Below are positions 9,247-18,012 of a DNA stretch of 64,000 nucleotides, piece after piece. The stretch covers positions 124,001 to 188,000 of IMG/VR virus record IMGVR_UViG_3300044640_001495. The stretch is one strand, 5' to 3'. Position 1 is the first letter of the stretch. Each line of letters starts with the position of its first letter. The translations under genes were made by a program, and so were the position numbers. The notes under the pieces were generated by a model. That model was not told the origin of the DNA, did no database searches, and saw only the letters and a list, made by a program, of their open reading frames with translations.

Positions 9247-9585
9247 ATGCTATTGAAAGAAATGTTTAGCCCAGTTGGCGCACCTAAAGACGAGCAGCCT
9301 GACATAGATTGGATCGGCGATCTTAAATTCTATATGGACAATAACGATCAAATGCTGAACAAGCATTTCTTCCCTGCGGTTAAACGACATAAAGAACACC
9401 GTGGCAATCCTAACGCATATAAAATTTATATTCGTACACTAGAAGGCTGCTTAGAAAGCTATTGCGAAAAGTACGAAGTTGAAGATCGTGAAGAAAAGTT
9501 CCCTAAAGAAAAACTAGAAGAGTTAGCAAAGCAAATAGCAACTCAACAAGAAAAGTTTATGGAAAAAGGCGACTACGATAAATGA
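9247..9585 (+). CDS. hypothetical protein (possible internal head protein)
   Basis: 112-aa ORF, N-terminus MLLKEMF. Confidence 0.8.
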   Translation: MLLKEMFSPVGAPKDEQPDIDWIGDLKFYMDNNDQMLNKHFFPAVKRHKEHRGNPNAYKIYIRTLEGCLESYCEKYEVEDREEKFPKEKLEELAKQIATQQEKFMEKGDYDK

Positions 9586-10763
9586 AACTCCTAGAACTTT
9601 TTGAACAATCAGGCAAAACTGCTGCTGTTGCATTTGGCAGGATGAACCCTCCTACAATTGGCCATCAGAAGGTGGTTGCTGCTATCTTGAAACAGAAAGC
9701 CGATGCTCATTTTCTATTTGTGTCGCAAACTCACAAACCAACTGGCAAGAACAAAACAAGATATGAAAACCCATTGCCGTTTGATGTTAAACTGGGATTT
9801 ATAGAAAAGGCATTTCCCGATATTGATATTGGTGATACTTCAGTGAGTACTGCTATCGGTCTACTGCAATTTTTAGAAAAACAGGGATTTGACAACGTTA
9901 TCTTTGTAGGCGGTTCGGATCGTGTAGCTAGTTTTACTGAACTGTTTAACAATCAAAACGGTGTTGATTACAATTTAAAATCAATTAAAGTTGTGTCTAG
10001 TGGTGCTAGAGATCCTGATGCTGAAGGTGCTGAAGGTATGAGTGCAAGCAAGATGAGAGCCGCTGCTATTGCCAATGACTTTGAATCATTTAAGACAGGA
10101 TTGCCAGCAGGACTGAGTGGCGATGCTGAAGAAGTGTTTGCTGCGGTTAGACAAGGACTCGAGCCTTGGCTAGAATATGCAGAAAGTTTAGATGAAGTTA
10201 GTTGGCAAGGAATTAAAAAAGGTGCTGCTGCTGCTGGACTTGCTGGGGCAATGGCTTTCGGTGCTTCTGGGGCCAATGCTCGAGTTACTCCTGGCGATGA
10301 TCCCAATATCAATCGATTAACAGGCAAACCAATCGCTACGCAACAGGCAACTGATACCGCACCTGCAAAAGCAGAAGCACCAAAAGGTTTCAGTAAAGAA
10401 TATCTACAGGCTGTAGTAGATGGTAAACATCCGAGACCTATGGTCAGTGTTGAAAAAGCAAAAGAATTATTAAAAAATATGACAGAAAAAGAATCTGTTG
10501 AAATTACAGAACTTGCTGATGACGATGCCTACTACAAATATATTGTAGCAAAAGTAAAAACCTCTAGACCTTTAAGTAATCGAGAAAAAGAGTTTTTAAA
10601 AACCTATACACTACTCAATAAAAAAACCGAGAGTTCAAAGATTCCCTTTGCTGGTGCCAAGGTAGGACATAAGGAAGGTCCTGCAGGTCAATGGCGTAAT
10701 AAAGGCCCTAAGGCAAACAAGCCAGCAAAAGTTGGAGACCTAGTAGGCGGATCGGCATCTTAA
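9582..10763 (+). CDS. cytidyltransferase-like (HIGH-family) nucleotidyltransferase with C-terminal extension
   Basis: FGRMNPPTIGH, VGGSDR, MSASKMR motifs as in T4-like phage cytidyltransferases. Confidence 0.85.
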   Translation: MKLLELFEQSGKTAAVAFGRMNPPTIGHQKVVAAILKQKADAHFLFVSQTHKPTGKNKTRYENPLPFDVKLGFIEKAFPDIDIGDTSVSTAIGLLQFLEKQGFDNVIFVGGSDRVASFTELFNNQNGVDYNLKSIKVVSSGARDPDAEGAEGMSASKMRAAAIANDFESFKTGLPAGLSGDAEEVFAAVRQGLEPWLEYAESLDEVSWQGIKKGAAAAGLAGAMAFGASGANARVTPGDDPNINRLTGKPIATQQATDTAPAKAEAPKGFSKEYLQAVVDGKHPRPMVSVEKAKELLKNMTEKESVEITELADDDAYYKYIVAKVKTSRPLSNREKEFLKTYTLLNKKTESSKIPFAGAKVGHKEGPAGQWRNKGPKANKPAKVGDLVGGSAS

Positions 10764-10781
10764 GGTGTTAAGGAAAATTAA

Positions 10782-11639
10782 ATGAAAGCAAAAGAATTTA
10801 TACCAGCAACTAAGCCTAGAAACTTTGTGGCAAAAAATCAAAAGACCGCAGGTGCTGGCCCACACAAAGATAAGAAACGGGCCGGGGCGCGGGGCGATAT
10901 TAAACATAAGGCTAAACAGTACGAGGAAGGTGTGGCGGAAGGTGACTATCCGGATGGATCATCTGTTAAAACACCAGATTCATCTGAATGGCAACAGCAG
11001 TATCAACAAGCAGTTGACAAAGTGAATAATGCCAAGACTCAACAAGAATACGAAGCCGCAAGTGAAAGAGCTGGCAAGATTAAAGATTTTCTAGCAAGCA
11101 AAGGAATTAAAGTAGGACCAGTATTAGGAAAAGGCATGGCGGAAGGTACGCCTGGTAATGACTTCCGTGTCGGACAACGAGTAATCTATACTACAGGCAG
11201 GGGAGAAAAGTTTCCTTCTATAGTTACTGCTGTTGATTTTGACGAAGACGCTGTTAAAATTAAAAGTGCAAACAACAAACCGTTCCCCAATAGTGGCGGC
11301 GATATTGAAATAGTAGTCGATCCAGGTTGGAAGTTTTTAACTCCGGAACCAGGTGTTGACCCTAATTCTGTTATTGCTGTGTCACCAAGTATGAGAAAAA
11401 CTACAGAACGAGTGCGAGATCCAGAAGATTGGGACGAAGGCAACACCGAACCTCCAAACAACTTCGCTGTATATATTAACGGCAAGAAATGGAAAGTATT
11501 CAAAGGTCGTGGACAGTATGCAGACGACGATCGTGAACAAGCTCACTATGAACAGCTAAAAGGTTGGGCTCGTAAGAAATCAGAAGAGACTGGCAAGAAG
11601 TGGGAGATTTCTATTACAGGCGAAGGTCCAACTGCATAA
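10782..11639 (+). CDS. modular hypothetical protein, probable internal head protein
   Basis: MKAKEFI N-terminus; modules separated by GVAEG/GMAEG. Confidence 0.8.
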   Translation: MKAKEFIPATKPRNFVAKNQKTAGAGPHKDKKRAGARGDIKHKAKQYEEGVAEGDYPDGSSVKTPDSSEWQQQYQQAVDKVNNAKTQQEYEAASERAGKIKDFLASKGIKVGPVLGKGMAEGTPGNDFRVGQRVIYTTGRGEKFPSIVTAVDFDEDAVKIKSANNKPFPNSGGDIEIVVDPGWKFLTPEPGVDPNSVIAVSPSMRKTTERVRDPEDWDEGNTEPPNNFAVYINGKKWKVFKGRGQYADDDREQAHYEQLKGWARKKSEETGKKWEISITGEGPTA

Positions 11640-11860
11640 TGGATGAACTTGCTGACATCAAACGCCTAGCAGGCATTACTGAGTTCAAAGGTTTAAAGCC
11701 TTACGGCGGTAGCAATATCAGTGTTACAGGAATGACCAATCAAGAACTTGAACGCAAGCACGATATTAGACCAGGAACACCAGAATGGTTCCAATTATGG
11801 TTTAGTTTGCCTTACCTAACCGGCGAAAAGAAAATAGGGGATACCAAATGGTTGAGATAA
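11639..11860 (+). CDS. hypothetical protein
   Basis: ATG 11639 overlaps previous stop (TAATG). Confidence 0.75.
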   Translation: MDELADIKRLAGITEFKGLKPYGGSNISVTGMTNQELERKHDIRPGTPEWFQLWFSLPYLTGEKKIGDTKWLR

Positions 11861-12174
11861 CAGAATCAGCAAAATCAAAGATTATGGATTTGCTGCTAGA
11901 AGAAGATAATCCAAAACTGGCATTACGTACCTTTGTACAAGGTGGCGGATGCAGTGGCTTTAGCTATGGCTTTACATTCGATGAAGAAAAGAATGAAGAT
12001 GATTTTGAATTTCCTATCAACGAACAATACAATGTGCTAGTGGATGCAATGAGCATGCAATATCTACAAGGTGCTGTTATTGATTACAAAGAAGAAGTTA
12101 TGGGTAGTCAATTTGTTATTACTAATCCCAATGCACAATCAACTTGTGGTTGTGGATCAAGTTTTTCAGTATGA
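11848..12174 (+). CDS. erpA: A-type Fe-S carrier (HesB/IscA/ErpA family)
   Basis: [32 protein letters not shown]. Confidence 0.93.
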   Translation: MVEITESAKSKIMDLLLEEDNPKLALRTFVQGGGCSGFSYGFTFDEEKNEDDFEFPINEQYNVLVDAMSMQYLQGAVIDYKEEVMGSQFVITNPNAQSTCGCGSSFSV

Positions 12175-12248
12175 ACCCAGATCAATATCCAGTGTATCCA
12201 GAAGATGACGGCCACGATAGATTTCGTAATCCCTATTCACCAGTATGA
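12171..12248 (+). CDS. 25-aa microprotein [25 protein letters not shown]
   Basis: Fills the gap exactly with ATGA overlaps at both ends; not in ORF track. Confidence 0.6.
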   Translation: MNPDQYPVYPEDDGHDRFRNPYSPV

Positions 12249-12583
12249 AAGCCAAAGAATTTATCATTGAAAGAAAAAAATCTAAACGTAGATCAAGAAG
12301 TGCTGCTTGGGGTCCTGATCCCTACGGTGGCTATGGTTATTATGCAGGATATAGCGGAGATTCAAGCGGTGAAGGTGGTGGTGAAGGTGGTGGTGAAAGC
12401 GTAGAACACGAAAACTTTGCTGACGGAAAGCGTCCACAGGACAAAGGCGATAGCAAGCGCCATGGGATAAATACCAAAGCATCAGTAAGTTCGCTTCGTA
12501 AAACTGCTAAACAGGGCGGTCGCAAAGGACAACTTGCACATTGGTTAGCTAATATGAAAGCTGGTAGGGCTAAGAAAAAATGA
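12245..12583 (+). CDS. basic hypothetical protein, probable internal head protein
   Basis: [10 protein letters not shown]-terminus, Gly-rich linker, Lys/Arg-rich C-terminus. Confidence 0.8.
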   Translation: MKAKEFIIERKKSKRRSRSAAWGPDPYGGYGYYAGYSGDSSGEGGGEGGGESVEHENFADGKRPQDKGDSKRHGINTKASVSSLRKTAKQGGRKGQLAHWLANMKAGRAKKK

Positions 12584-13137
12584 AATTATACGAAATTTTA
12601 ACAGAAGGTGTGGCAGGACCAAAAAACTGCTGGCCAGGCCATCGTAAAGTTGGTACACAGCCCGGTACTGGTAAGAACAAAGGCAAACGTGTCAACGACT
12701 GCGAAGAGATTAAAAAAGAAGATGTCGAAGAAGAATTTGACACTATTGAAGAAACAATCAATTACATAGCAGAAGCAAATGGCGTTGATCCTGAAGTTGT
12801 TTGGGAAGACTTAGAAACACTCACAGATGACGAGCTGTATGTATTTGCGTTCACACATGAGCCTGTTAACGAAGATTGGCAAAAGGCCAACAAGCGAGAC
12901 AAGACTGATGGTATGAGCAAGAAGGCTGTTAATGCCTATCGTCGCGAGAATCCAGGTAGCAAACTAAAGACTGCTGTGACTACCAAGCCAAGTAAGTTAA
13001 AGAAAGGTTCTAAAGCCAGTAAACGCAGATCAAGCTATTGCTCACGCAGCCGTGGACAAATGAAAATGCATAGCATTAGCTGTGCTAAAACTCCCGATAA
13101 AGCAATTTGTAAAGCCCGTAGACGCTGGAACTGCTAA
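12580..13137 (+). CDS. modular hypothetical protein, probable internal head protein
   Basis: MKLYEILTE N-terminus; acidic middle, very basic C-terminal module. Confidence 0.8.
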   Translation: MKLYEILTEGVAGPKNCWPGHRKVGTQPGTGKNKGKRVNDCEEIKKEDVEEEFDTIEETINYIAEANGVDPEVVWEDLETLTDDELYVFAFTHEPVNEDWQKANKRDKTDGMSKKAVNAYRRENPGSKLKTAVTTKPSKLKKGSKASKRRSSYCSRSRGQMKMHSISCAKTPDKAICKARRRWNC

Positions 13138-13143
13138 TAAATA
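13136..13143 (+). promoter_or_regulatory. late promoter motif (AATAAATA)
   Basis: ATG 13148 4 nt downstream. Confidence 0.55.
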
Positions 13144-13147
13144 CATT

Positions 13148-13324
13148 ATGAAAATTAAAGAGTTGTTTGAAACAGCATCTAGCATGGGTGCTGGCGATGT
13201 TGCTACATTTATCAAGGGTGGTTCTGGAACAGATGTAGGCACACTCTTTGGGGGTAGTTATCAGCAAAAAACTGTTAAAAAACCCAAGTCTAAGAAGCCT
13301 CGCGAAAGTATATTAAGAAGATAA
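13148..13324 (+). CDS. small hypothetical protein (MKIKELFE...)
   Basis: In-frame ATG within ORF 13082-13324. Confidence 0.7.
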   Translation: MKIKELFETASSMGAGDVATFIKGGSGTDVGTLFGGSYQQKTVKKPKSKKPRESILRR

Positions 13325-13327
13325 ATA
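13320..13327 (+). promoter_or_regulatory. late promoter motif (GATAAATA)
   Basis: ATG 13332 4 nt downstream. Confidence 0.6.
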
Positions 13328-13331
13328 TAGT

Positions 13332-13634
13332 ATGGACTTTAAAAAACACGATCACGAAGCAAGTATGGCAAAAGCAGAGCTAGCTCAAATAGCTAAAAAT
13401 GCCATGGCTGTTTATCGTATGATCAAAGAAGGCGACAATTTAGATGGTTGGATCAGCAGTTATATCTCTGTGGCCAATGATCATTTGAATTCTGTTCATG
13501 AAAAGATGGATTACGAATCTCAAGCACAAGGAGCCGTTAATCAGGGTCCTCGAGAATTTGAAGAAACAGTGCAGTACGAAATTAAAAGCAATCTGTGCGA
13601 GCAGTGGCTAGCGAAAAAATATCAAGGAAGATAA
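13332..13634 (+). CDS. hypothetical protein
   Basis: 100-aa ORF. Confidence 0.8.
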   Translation: MDFKKHDHEASMAKAELAQIAKNAMAVYRMIKEGDNLDGWISSYISVANDHLNSVHEKMDYESQAQGAVNQGPREFEETVQYEIKSNLCEQWLAKKYQGR

Positions 13635-13637
13635 AAA

Positions 13638-14624
13638 ATGGATTTCAAATCATTACTTAACAAATTAGACAGCATGGAAGCTCCTCCACAGACACCGGCT
13701 GCACCAGTTTTAGAAAAAGCTGTTCAACTAAACGAAGATGCACAATTACGTGTTCTAAGTGGACGTTCTACATATGTTGCTGAAGCTAAGAAAAAAGCCG
13801 AAGAAGATGTTAAAGAAGAAAAATCTTCAACTGGTGGCACTATTGATCGTTCTACAAAAGGTGTTACCAAACACAAAGAAAATCCCAATCGTTTCAGTGA
13901 TGAGCCACACACTGAACCAAAGTCAGGGGCCAAATCACAAAGTGCAGCAGACAAAGCAGATGACAAAGCTGCTGACAAAGCTGCCGCTAAAGATTCTAAA
14001 GATTACGAAAAGAAAAATCCAGGCACAGTAACTCGTGTTAAAGATGGCAAGAAAGTAGAAAGCATCGAACCACAATTCAAAAGCAAATTCATGAAGATGG
14101 TGGAAGCAGCTAAAGAACAAAGCGAAGCTGAAAAAGCAGAGGCCAAGAGAAAGAAAGAGCAAGAGAAAGAAGATAAGAAAAAGAAAATAGCCAAGATCAT
14201 GGACGAAGCAATGGATCCGGTTGGCAAGGAAGATGACGACGTCAACAACGATGGTGAGAAAAATAAGACCGATGACTATTTAAAGAATCGTCGTGCCGCA
14301 GTCAGCAAGGCTATTGGCGGCAAGAAAGAAGGCGGCAAGACAGGAATGAGTGCAAAGCAAGAAAAATTCTTTGGAAAAAAGAAGACTGTTAAAGAGTCAA
14401 TTGAAAATATCCTATCATTCAAAGACATGATCAAACTTGTGCAAGAGAGTGGCGGTCAACAACAAATTGATGCAGTTGATCAAGAACTGTTTGCATGGGC
14501 TCAACGTGTTGCAAAACAAAAAATTGGTGAAGGCCTAAAAGCTGATGTGTATGCAGGTATGGTATACGAGCGCATGGGTGGTGTATTTGAAATGTACGAT
14601 GTACTAAGCGAAGACCAAAAGTAA
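13638..14624 (+). CDS. Lys/Glu-rich hypothetical protein (possible internal/core protein)
   Basis: 328 aa, highly charged low-complexity middle. Confidence 0.85.
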   Translation: MDFKSLLNKLDSMEAPPQTPAAPVLEKAVQLNEDAQLRVLSGRSTYVAEAKKKAEEDVKEEKSSTGGTIDRSTKGVTKHKENPNRFSDEPHTEPKSGAKSQSAADKADDKAADKAAAKDSKDYEKKNPGTVTRVKDGKKVESIEPQFKSKFMKMVEAAKEQSEAEKAEAKRKKEQEKEDKKKKIAKIMDEAMDPVGKEDDDVNNDGEKNKTDDYLKNRRAAVSKAIGGKKEGGKTGMSAKQEKFFGKKKTVKESIENILSFKDMIKLVQESGGQQQIDAVDQELFAWAQRVAKQKIGEGLKADVYAGMVYERMGGVFEMYDVLSEDQK

Positions 14625-14641
14625 TTTAACCAATCGCACTC

Positions 14642-14673
14642 AAAAGCCGGCAATTTAGTTGACCGGCTTTTTT
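14642..14673 (+). terminator. intrinsic terminator
   Basis: AAAAGCCGG/CCGGCTTTT stem followed by T6. Confidence 0.85.
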
Positions 14674-14687
14674 GTTGACTATATAAT
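14659..14687 (+). promoter_or_regulatory. sigma70-type promoter
   Basis: TTGACC-N17-TATAAT, then AGGAG SD and ATG 14707. Confidence 0.8.
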
Positions 14688-14706
14688 AGCTATATAGGAG
14701 AAAATT

Positions 14707-14970
14707 ATGTCAACTAGAATGTACGGTCCCGAAGAAAAAGCAAAACTAGAACGTCTTATTAACGAAGGCGGAAATGTACTACGTGAAGTAGAAGATCTTA
14801 AAGAGGGACTTAAAGAAACTGTTAAAGCTGTTGCAGAAGAACTACAGATCAAGCCATCAGTTATTAACAAAGCAATTTCTATTGCACATAAAGACAACTG
14901 GAAAGATCACGAACAAGAATGGAATGACATTGAAATGATTCTTGGTGTCACTAAACGTCTACCAGAATGA
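14707..14970 (+). CDS. T4 DsbA-like dsDNA-binding protein
   Basis: 87 aa helical; AEELQIKPSVINKAISIAHKDN resembles T4 DsbA/GapR-type fold. Confidence 0.6.
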   Translation: MSTRMYGPEEKAKLERLINEGGNVLREVEDLKEGLKETVKAVAEELQIKPSVINKAISIAHKDNWKDHEQEWNDIEMILGVTKRLPE

Positions 14971-15260
14971 TTGACAAAATCTTTGCGCCAACTCTACAAT
15001 GGATAAAAGATGACTTTAAATCCCATCGAGTTCGCTTTGTTGTTGAGTTGCTTGCTTGGGCTATCAGTATTGGCTGTTCAATTACTATGGCACTTACCGT
15101 ACCCACACCTCCGTTACTTACTCTTTACCCTGTGTGGATCCTTGGTTGTGCTATGTATGCTTGGGCTAGTTGGACTAGGAAATCTTTTGGCATGCTGGCT
15201 AACTATATACTGTTGACCACAATTGATAGTGTTGGACTAGCAAGAATGCTAATTAATTAA
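14967..15260 (+). CDS. small membrane protein
   Basis: Three hydrophobic segments; ATGA coupling. Confidence 0.75.
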   Translation: MIDKIFAPTLQWIKDDFKSHRVRFVVELLAWAISIGCSITMALTVPTPPLLTLYPVWILGCAMYAWASWTRKSFGMLANYILLTTIDSVGLARMLIN

Positions 15261-15277
15261 ATAAAGTAAGAAGGTAG

Positions 15278-15330
15278 GCGTGGCCATAAACCGCACATTG
15301 GTATTTGCAAGCCCTAAATTGCATAGGAGA
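15278..15330 (+). promoter_or_regulatory. tandem-hairpin leader, candidate translational operator of DNA polymerase
   Basis: Two hairpins with 8-nt loops GCCATAAA and GCCCTAAA, the second abutting AGGAGA SD. Confidence 0.45.
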
Positions 15331-15335
15331 AAAAT

Positions 15336-18005
15336 TTGAGTTACGTAGACGCTTTCTATAATAGAGAGCAGGATATCATCAATGTTGTTGAACGCAATGA
15401 TAAAGGCGAACGACATTACAAAGAATATCCTGCACGACATGTTTTTTATTACCCGGATGCCAAGGGTAAATTTACAAGTATTTTTGGACAGTCATTGTCC
15501 AGAGTAAGTTCCAAAAATGTCAAAGAACATCGCAAAGAACTTGCAATTCATTCAAACAAAAAACTGTTTGAAAGTGATATCAACCCAATCTATCGTTGTC
15601 TAGAAGACAACTATCTTAATCAAGACGCACCAAAATTAAATGTAGCGTTCTTTGACATTGAGGTGGACTTTGATCCAGAACGTGGCTATGCATCACCTGA
15701 AGATGCGTTTATGCCAATCACTGCTATTGCTGTCTACCTACAATGGATGCAGACTATGGTCTGTTTAGCAATTCCCCCTAAGACATTGTCAATGGAAGAA
15801 GCTACTAAACAGGTAGCAGAATTTCCTAACACTATGCTGTTTGACAACGAAGCAGATATGTTAGACACATTCTTAGATCTAATACAAGATGCAGATGTAC
15901 TGAGTGGTTGGAACAGTGAGGGCTTTGATATTCCTTACACAGTTAATCGTGTGACCAAAGTTTTGAGCAAAGAGGACACACGCAGATTCTGCTTGTGGGA
16001 TCAATTCCCCAAGAAACGAGAGTATGAAAAATACGGCAAGGCCGCTGTCACATACGATCTAATTGGCCGTGTACACCTAGACAGTCTTGAACTATATCGC
16101 AAGTACACATACGAAGAACGCCATACCTATCGACTGGATGCTATTGGAGAGATGGAGATCGGTGAAAACAAGACTGTGTACGAAGGCACACTGGATCAAT
16201 TGTACAACAACGATTTCCGTAGATTTATCGAATACAACAGACAAGACTGTATGCTGTTAGAAAAACTAGACAAGAAGCTAAAGTTCTTGGATCTTGCTAA
16301 CACACTGGCACATGAATGTACTGTGCTGTTGCAGACCACAATGGGTGCGGTAGCTGTTACTGAGCAGGCCATTATTAACGAAGCTCACAAGCGTGGAATG
16401 ATTGTTCCTAATAGAATATCTCGTGAAGAAGGCTTTAGTAATCAGGCTGCTGGTGCGTATGTTGCCTATCCTAAGAAAGGTATTCATGAGTGGATCGGTT
16501 CACTAGATATTAACTCGCTGTATCCGTCAGCAATTCGTGCGCTCAACATGGGTCCAGAAACTATTATTGGGCAGTTGCGTCAAGATGGCACCAAGGCATT
16601 CATTGACGGTGAGATTGCCAAAGGCAAAAGTTTTGCATCAGCATGGGAAGGCATCTTTGGTTCATTAGAATATGCAGCCGTACTAGAAAAAAATGTTGGT
16701 CGTGAAATCGTTATTGACTGGGAAGACGGTGGCTCTGATACACTAAGTGCTGCTCAGGCCTATGATCTAATCTTTGAAAGTAATCAGCCGTGGATGGTTA
16801 GTGCCAACGGAACTATTTTCACTTATGAAAAAGAAGGTATTATTCCGGGCTTGCTCAAGCGTTGGTATGCAGAACGTAAAGACATGCAGGCCAAACTCAA
16901 AGACTGCATTGCAGCTGGCAACAAGATTGAAGAAGAATACTGGGACAAGCGTCAGTTGGTCAAGAAGATTAACTTAAACAGTTTGTATGGTGCTATTTTG
17001 AATCCAGGTTGCCGCTTCTTTGATAACCGTATTGGACAAAGTACCACGCTAACAGGTCGTGCCATTGCCAAGCATATGGCTGGCAAAGTCAATGAGATCA
17101 TTACCGGCGAAAACAATCACACAGGTAAAGCAATTATCTATGGTGATACAGACTCTTGTTATTTTTCGGCTTACACCACCCTTAAGAAAGAAATAGATCG
17201 AGGAGCTCTGCCGTGGACAAAAGAAAGTGTTGTTGAACTCTATGACACCATCGGTGAAGAAGTAAACTCAACATTTCCTAAGTTCATGCAGGATGCGTTT
17301 CACTGTCCTAAGACTCGTGGTGAAGTTATTAAAGCTGGTCGTGAAATTGTTGCCAGTCGTGGCTTATTCATTACTAAGAAACGATATGCTGTGCTTTACT
17401 ATGACAAAGAAGGCAAACGTGCAGACGTAGACGGTAAGCCGGGCAAGATCAAGGCCATGGGTTTAGATCTGAAGCGCAGTGATACTCCTGTGATTATCCA
17501 AGACTTCTTAAGTGAAGTCTTGACCAAGGTTTTAAATAACGGCACCAAAGAAGATGTGCTGGAATATATCACTAACTTTCGAACTGAGTTCAAGACTAGA
17601 CCAGGTTGGGAGAAAGGATCACCTAAACGTGCCAACAACATTACAGAGTACGCTGCTAAAGAAAAGAAAGCAGGTAAGACTAACATGCCCGGACACGTTC
17701 GTGCAAGTCTTAACTGGAATACACTAAAACGTATGATGGATGACAAATACTCTGTGGCAATTACCGACGGTGCTAAAGTGATCGTTTGTAAGGTCAAAGA
17801 TAATCCAATGGGGTATACATCAGTAGCCTACCCCGTAGATGAACTTAGACTACCTCAATGGTTTAAGGACTTGCCTTTCAACGATGCTGAAATGGAAAAT
17901 GCAGTTATCGATGAAAAGTTAGAAAACTTGATTGGTGTTTTGGAATGGGACATCAGTTCAACTCGCAGTGATAATACATTCGCAAAATTGTTTGACTTTG
18001 AGTAA
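15336..18005 (+). CDS. family B DNA polymerase (T4 gp43-like)
   Basis: Exo FDIEVD, GWNSEGFDIPY, YNRQD; pol SLDINSLYPS, KINLNSLYG, YGDTDS; TTG start with SD. Confidence 0.97.
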   Translation: MSYVDAFYNREQDIINVVERNDKGERHYKEYPARHVFYYPDAKGKFTSIFGQSLSRVSSKNVKEHRKELAIHSNKKLFESDINPIYRCLEDNYLNQDAPKLNVAFFDIEVDFDPERGYASPEDAFMPITAIAVYLQWMQTMVCLAIPPKTLSMEEATKQVAEFPNTMLFDNEADMLDTFLDLIQDADVLSGWNSEGFDIPYTVNRVTKVLSKEDTRRFCLWDQFPKKREYEKYGKAAVTYDLIGRVHLDSLELYRKYTYEERHTYRLDAIGEMEIGENKTVYEGTLDQLYNNDFRRFIEYNRQDCMLLEKLDKKLKFLDLANTLAHECTVLLQTTMGAVAVTEQAIINEAHKRGMIVPNRISREEGFSNQAAGAYVAYPKKGIHEWIGSLDINSLYPSAIRALNMGPETIIGQLRQDGTKAFIDGEIAKGKSFASAWEGIFGSLEYAAVLEKNVGREIVIDWEDGGSDTLSAAQAYDLIFESNQPWMVSANGTIFTYEKEGIIPGLLKRWYAERKDMQAKLKDCIAAGNKIEEEYWDKRQLVKKINLNSLYGAILNPGCRFFDNRIGQSTTLTGRAIAKHMAGKVNEIITGENNHTGKAIIYGDTDSCYFSAYTTLKKEIDRGALPWTKESVVELYDTIGEEVNSTFPKFMQDAFHCPKTRGEVIKAGREIVASRGLFITKKRYAVLYYDKEGKRADVDGKPGKIKAMGLDLKRSDTPVIIQDFLSEVLTKVLNNGTKEDVLEYITNFRTEFKTRPGWEKGSPKRANNITEYAAKEKKAGKTNMPGHVRASLNWNTLKRMMDDKYSVAITDGAKVIVCKVKDNPMGYTSVAYPVDELRLPQWFKDLPFNDAEMENAVIDEKLENLIGVLEWDISSTRSDNTFAKLFDFE

Positions 18006-18012
18006 ATTGCGG

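Noticed and set aside
12355-12400. GAAGGTGGTGGT tandem repeat
   Set aside because: Explained by a Gly/Glu linker (EGGGEGGGE) in the coding sequence
13940-14000. GACAAAGC repeats
   Set aside because: Encode a low-complexity ADKADDKAADKAA stretch; not a regulatory array
15257-15263. TTAAATA upstream of the DNA polymerase (also at 4449-4455)
   Set aside because: AT-rich context makes a chance match likely, and a late promoter for a replication gene is not expected
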